Below are positions 63,901-64,000 of a DNA stretch of 64,000 nt, piece after piece. This DNA is from Mobula hypostoma (taxonomy: Eukaryota): assembly GCF_963921235.1 (NCBI RefSeq), contig NC_086097.1, positions 144,400,001 to 144,464,000 on the forward strand, written 5' to 3'. Made by a program: the position numbers and the translations under genes. The notes beneath the pieces were generated by a model. The model saw only the letters and a program-made list of their open reading frames with translations, did no database searches and was not told the DNA's origin. The first letter of the stretch is position 1. The number at the start of each line of letters is the position of its first letter.

Positions 63901-64000
63901 GGAGCCATTTATAAAATTCTGTCTGCTGCTTCTCAGCCAATTTAGCACAAGCTGAAAATTGAACCTGTCATCCTCTTGGTTCATACCCTTCTCTCTTGCT

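Noticed and set aside
63870..63955. Strong splice acceptor (t10-ccctctacag) as possible wnt9a last exon
   Set aside because: In phase 0 it reads TGRLEPFIKFCLLLLSQFSTS* with no CKCHGVSGSC motif or Wnt similarity; the real last exon must be downstream of the window.

Overview
Eukaryotic, repeat-rich vertebrate DNA. The repeat repertoire (CR1, Rex1/Babar, L2, Penelope-like, V-domain and Deu-domain SINEs, Tc1 derivatives) suggests a cartilaginous fish, probably a ray or shark; this is inference. The only host gene is wnt9a on the + strand: a CpG-rich TATA promoter near 26.0 kb and three phase-compatible GT-AG coding exons (26076-26161, 46842-47101, 54819-55084). The last exon lies beyond the window. 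Nearly all other ORFs in the track are transposon fragments or noise. The most striking non-coding signal is a dispersed Penelope-like (GIY-YIG) retroelement family whose terminal repeat carries a minimal hammerhead-ribozyme motif. One copy (17662-17697) has an intact catalytic core, about eight are decayed, and several short or inverted insertions break at the ribozyme itself. Other points of interest: an overlapping uORF with strong Kozak context in the wnt9a leader, two young near-identical CR1 copies bracketing exon 1, a Hero-type restriction-like-endonuclease retrotransposon end, a three-TIR Tc1 derivative, and multi-layer nested insertions. Repeat family names come from recognition of motifs, not from database searches, and boundaries of old repeats are approximate.
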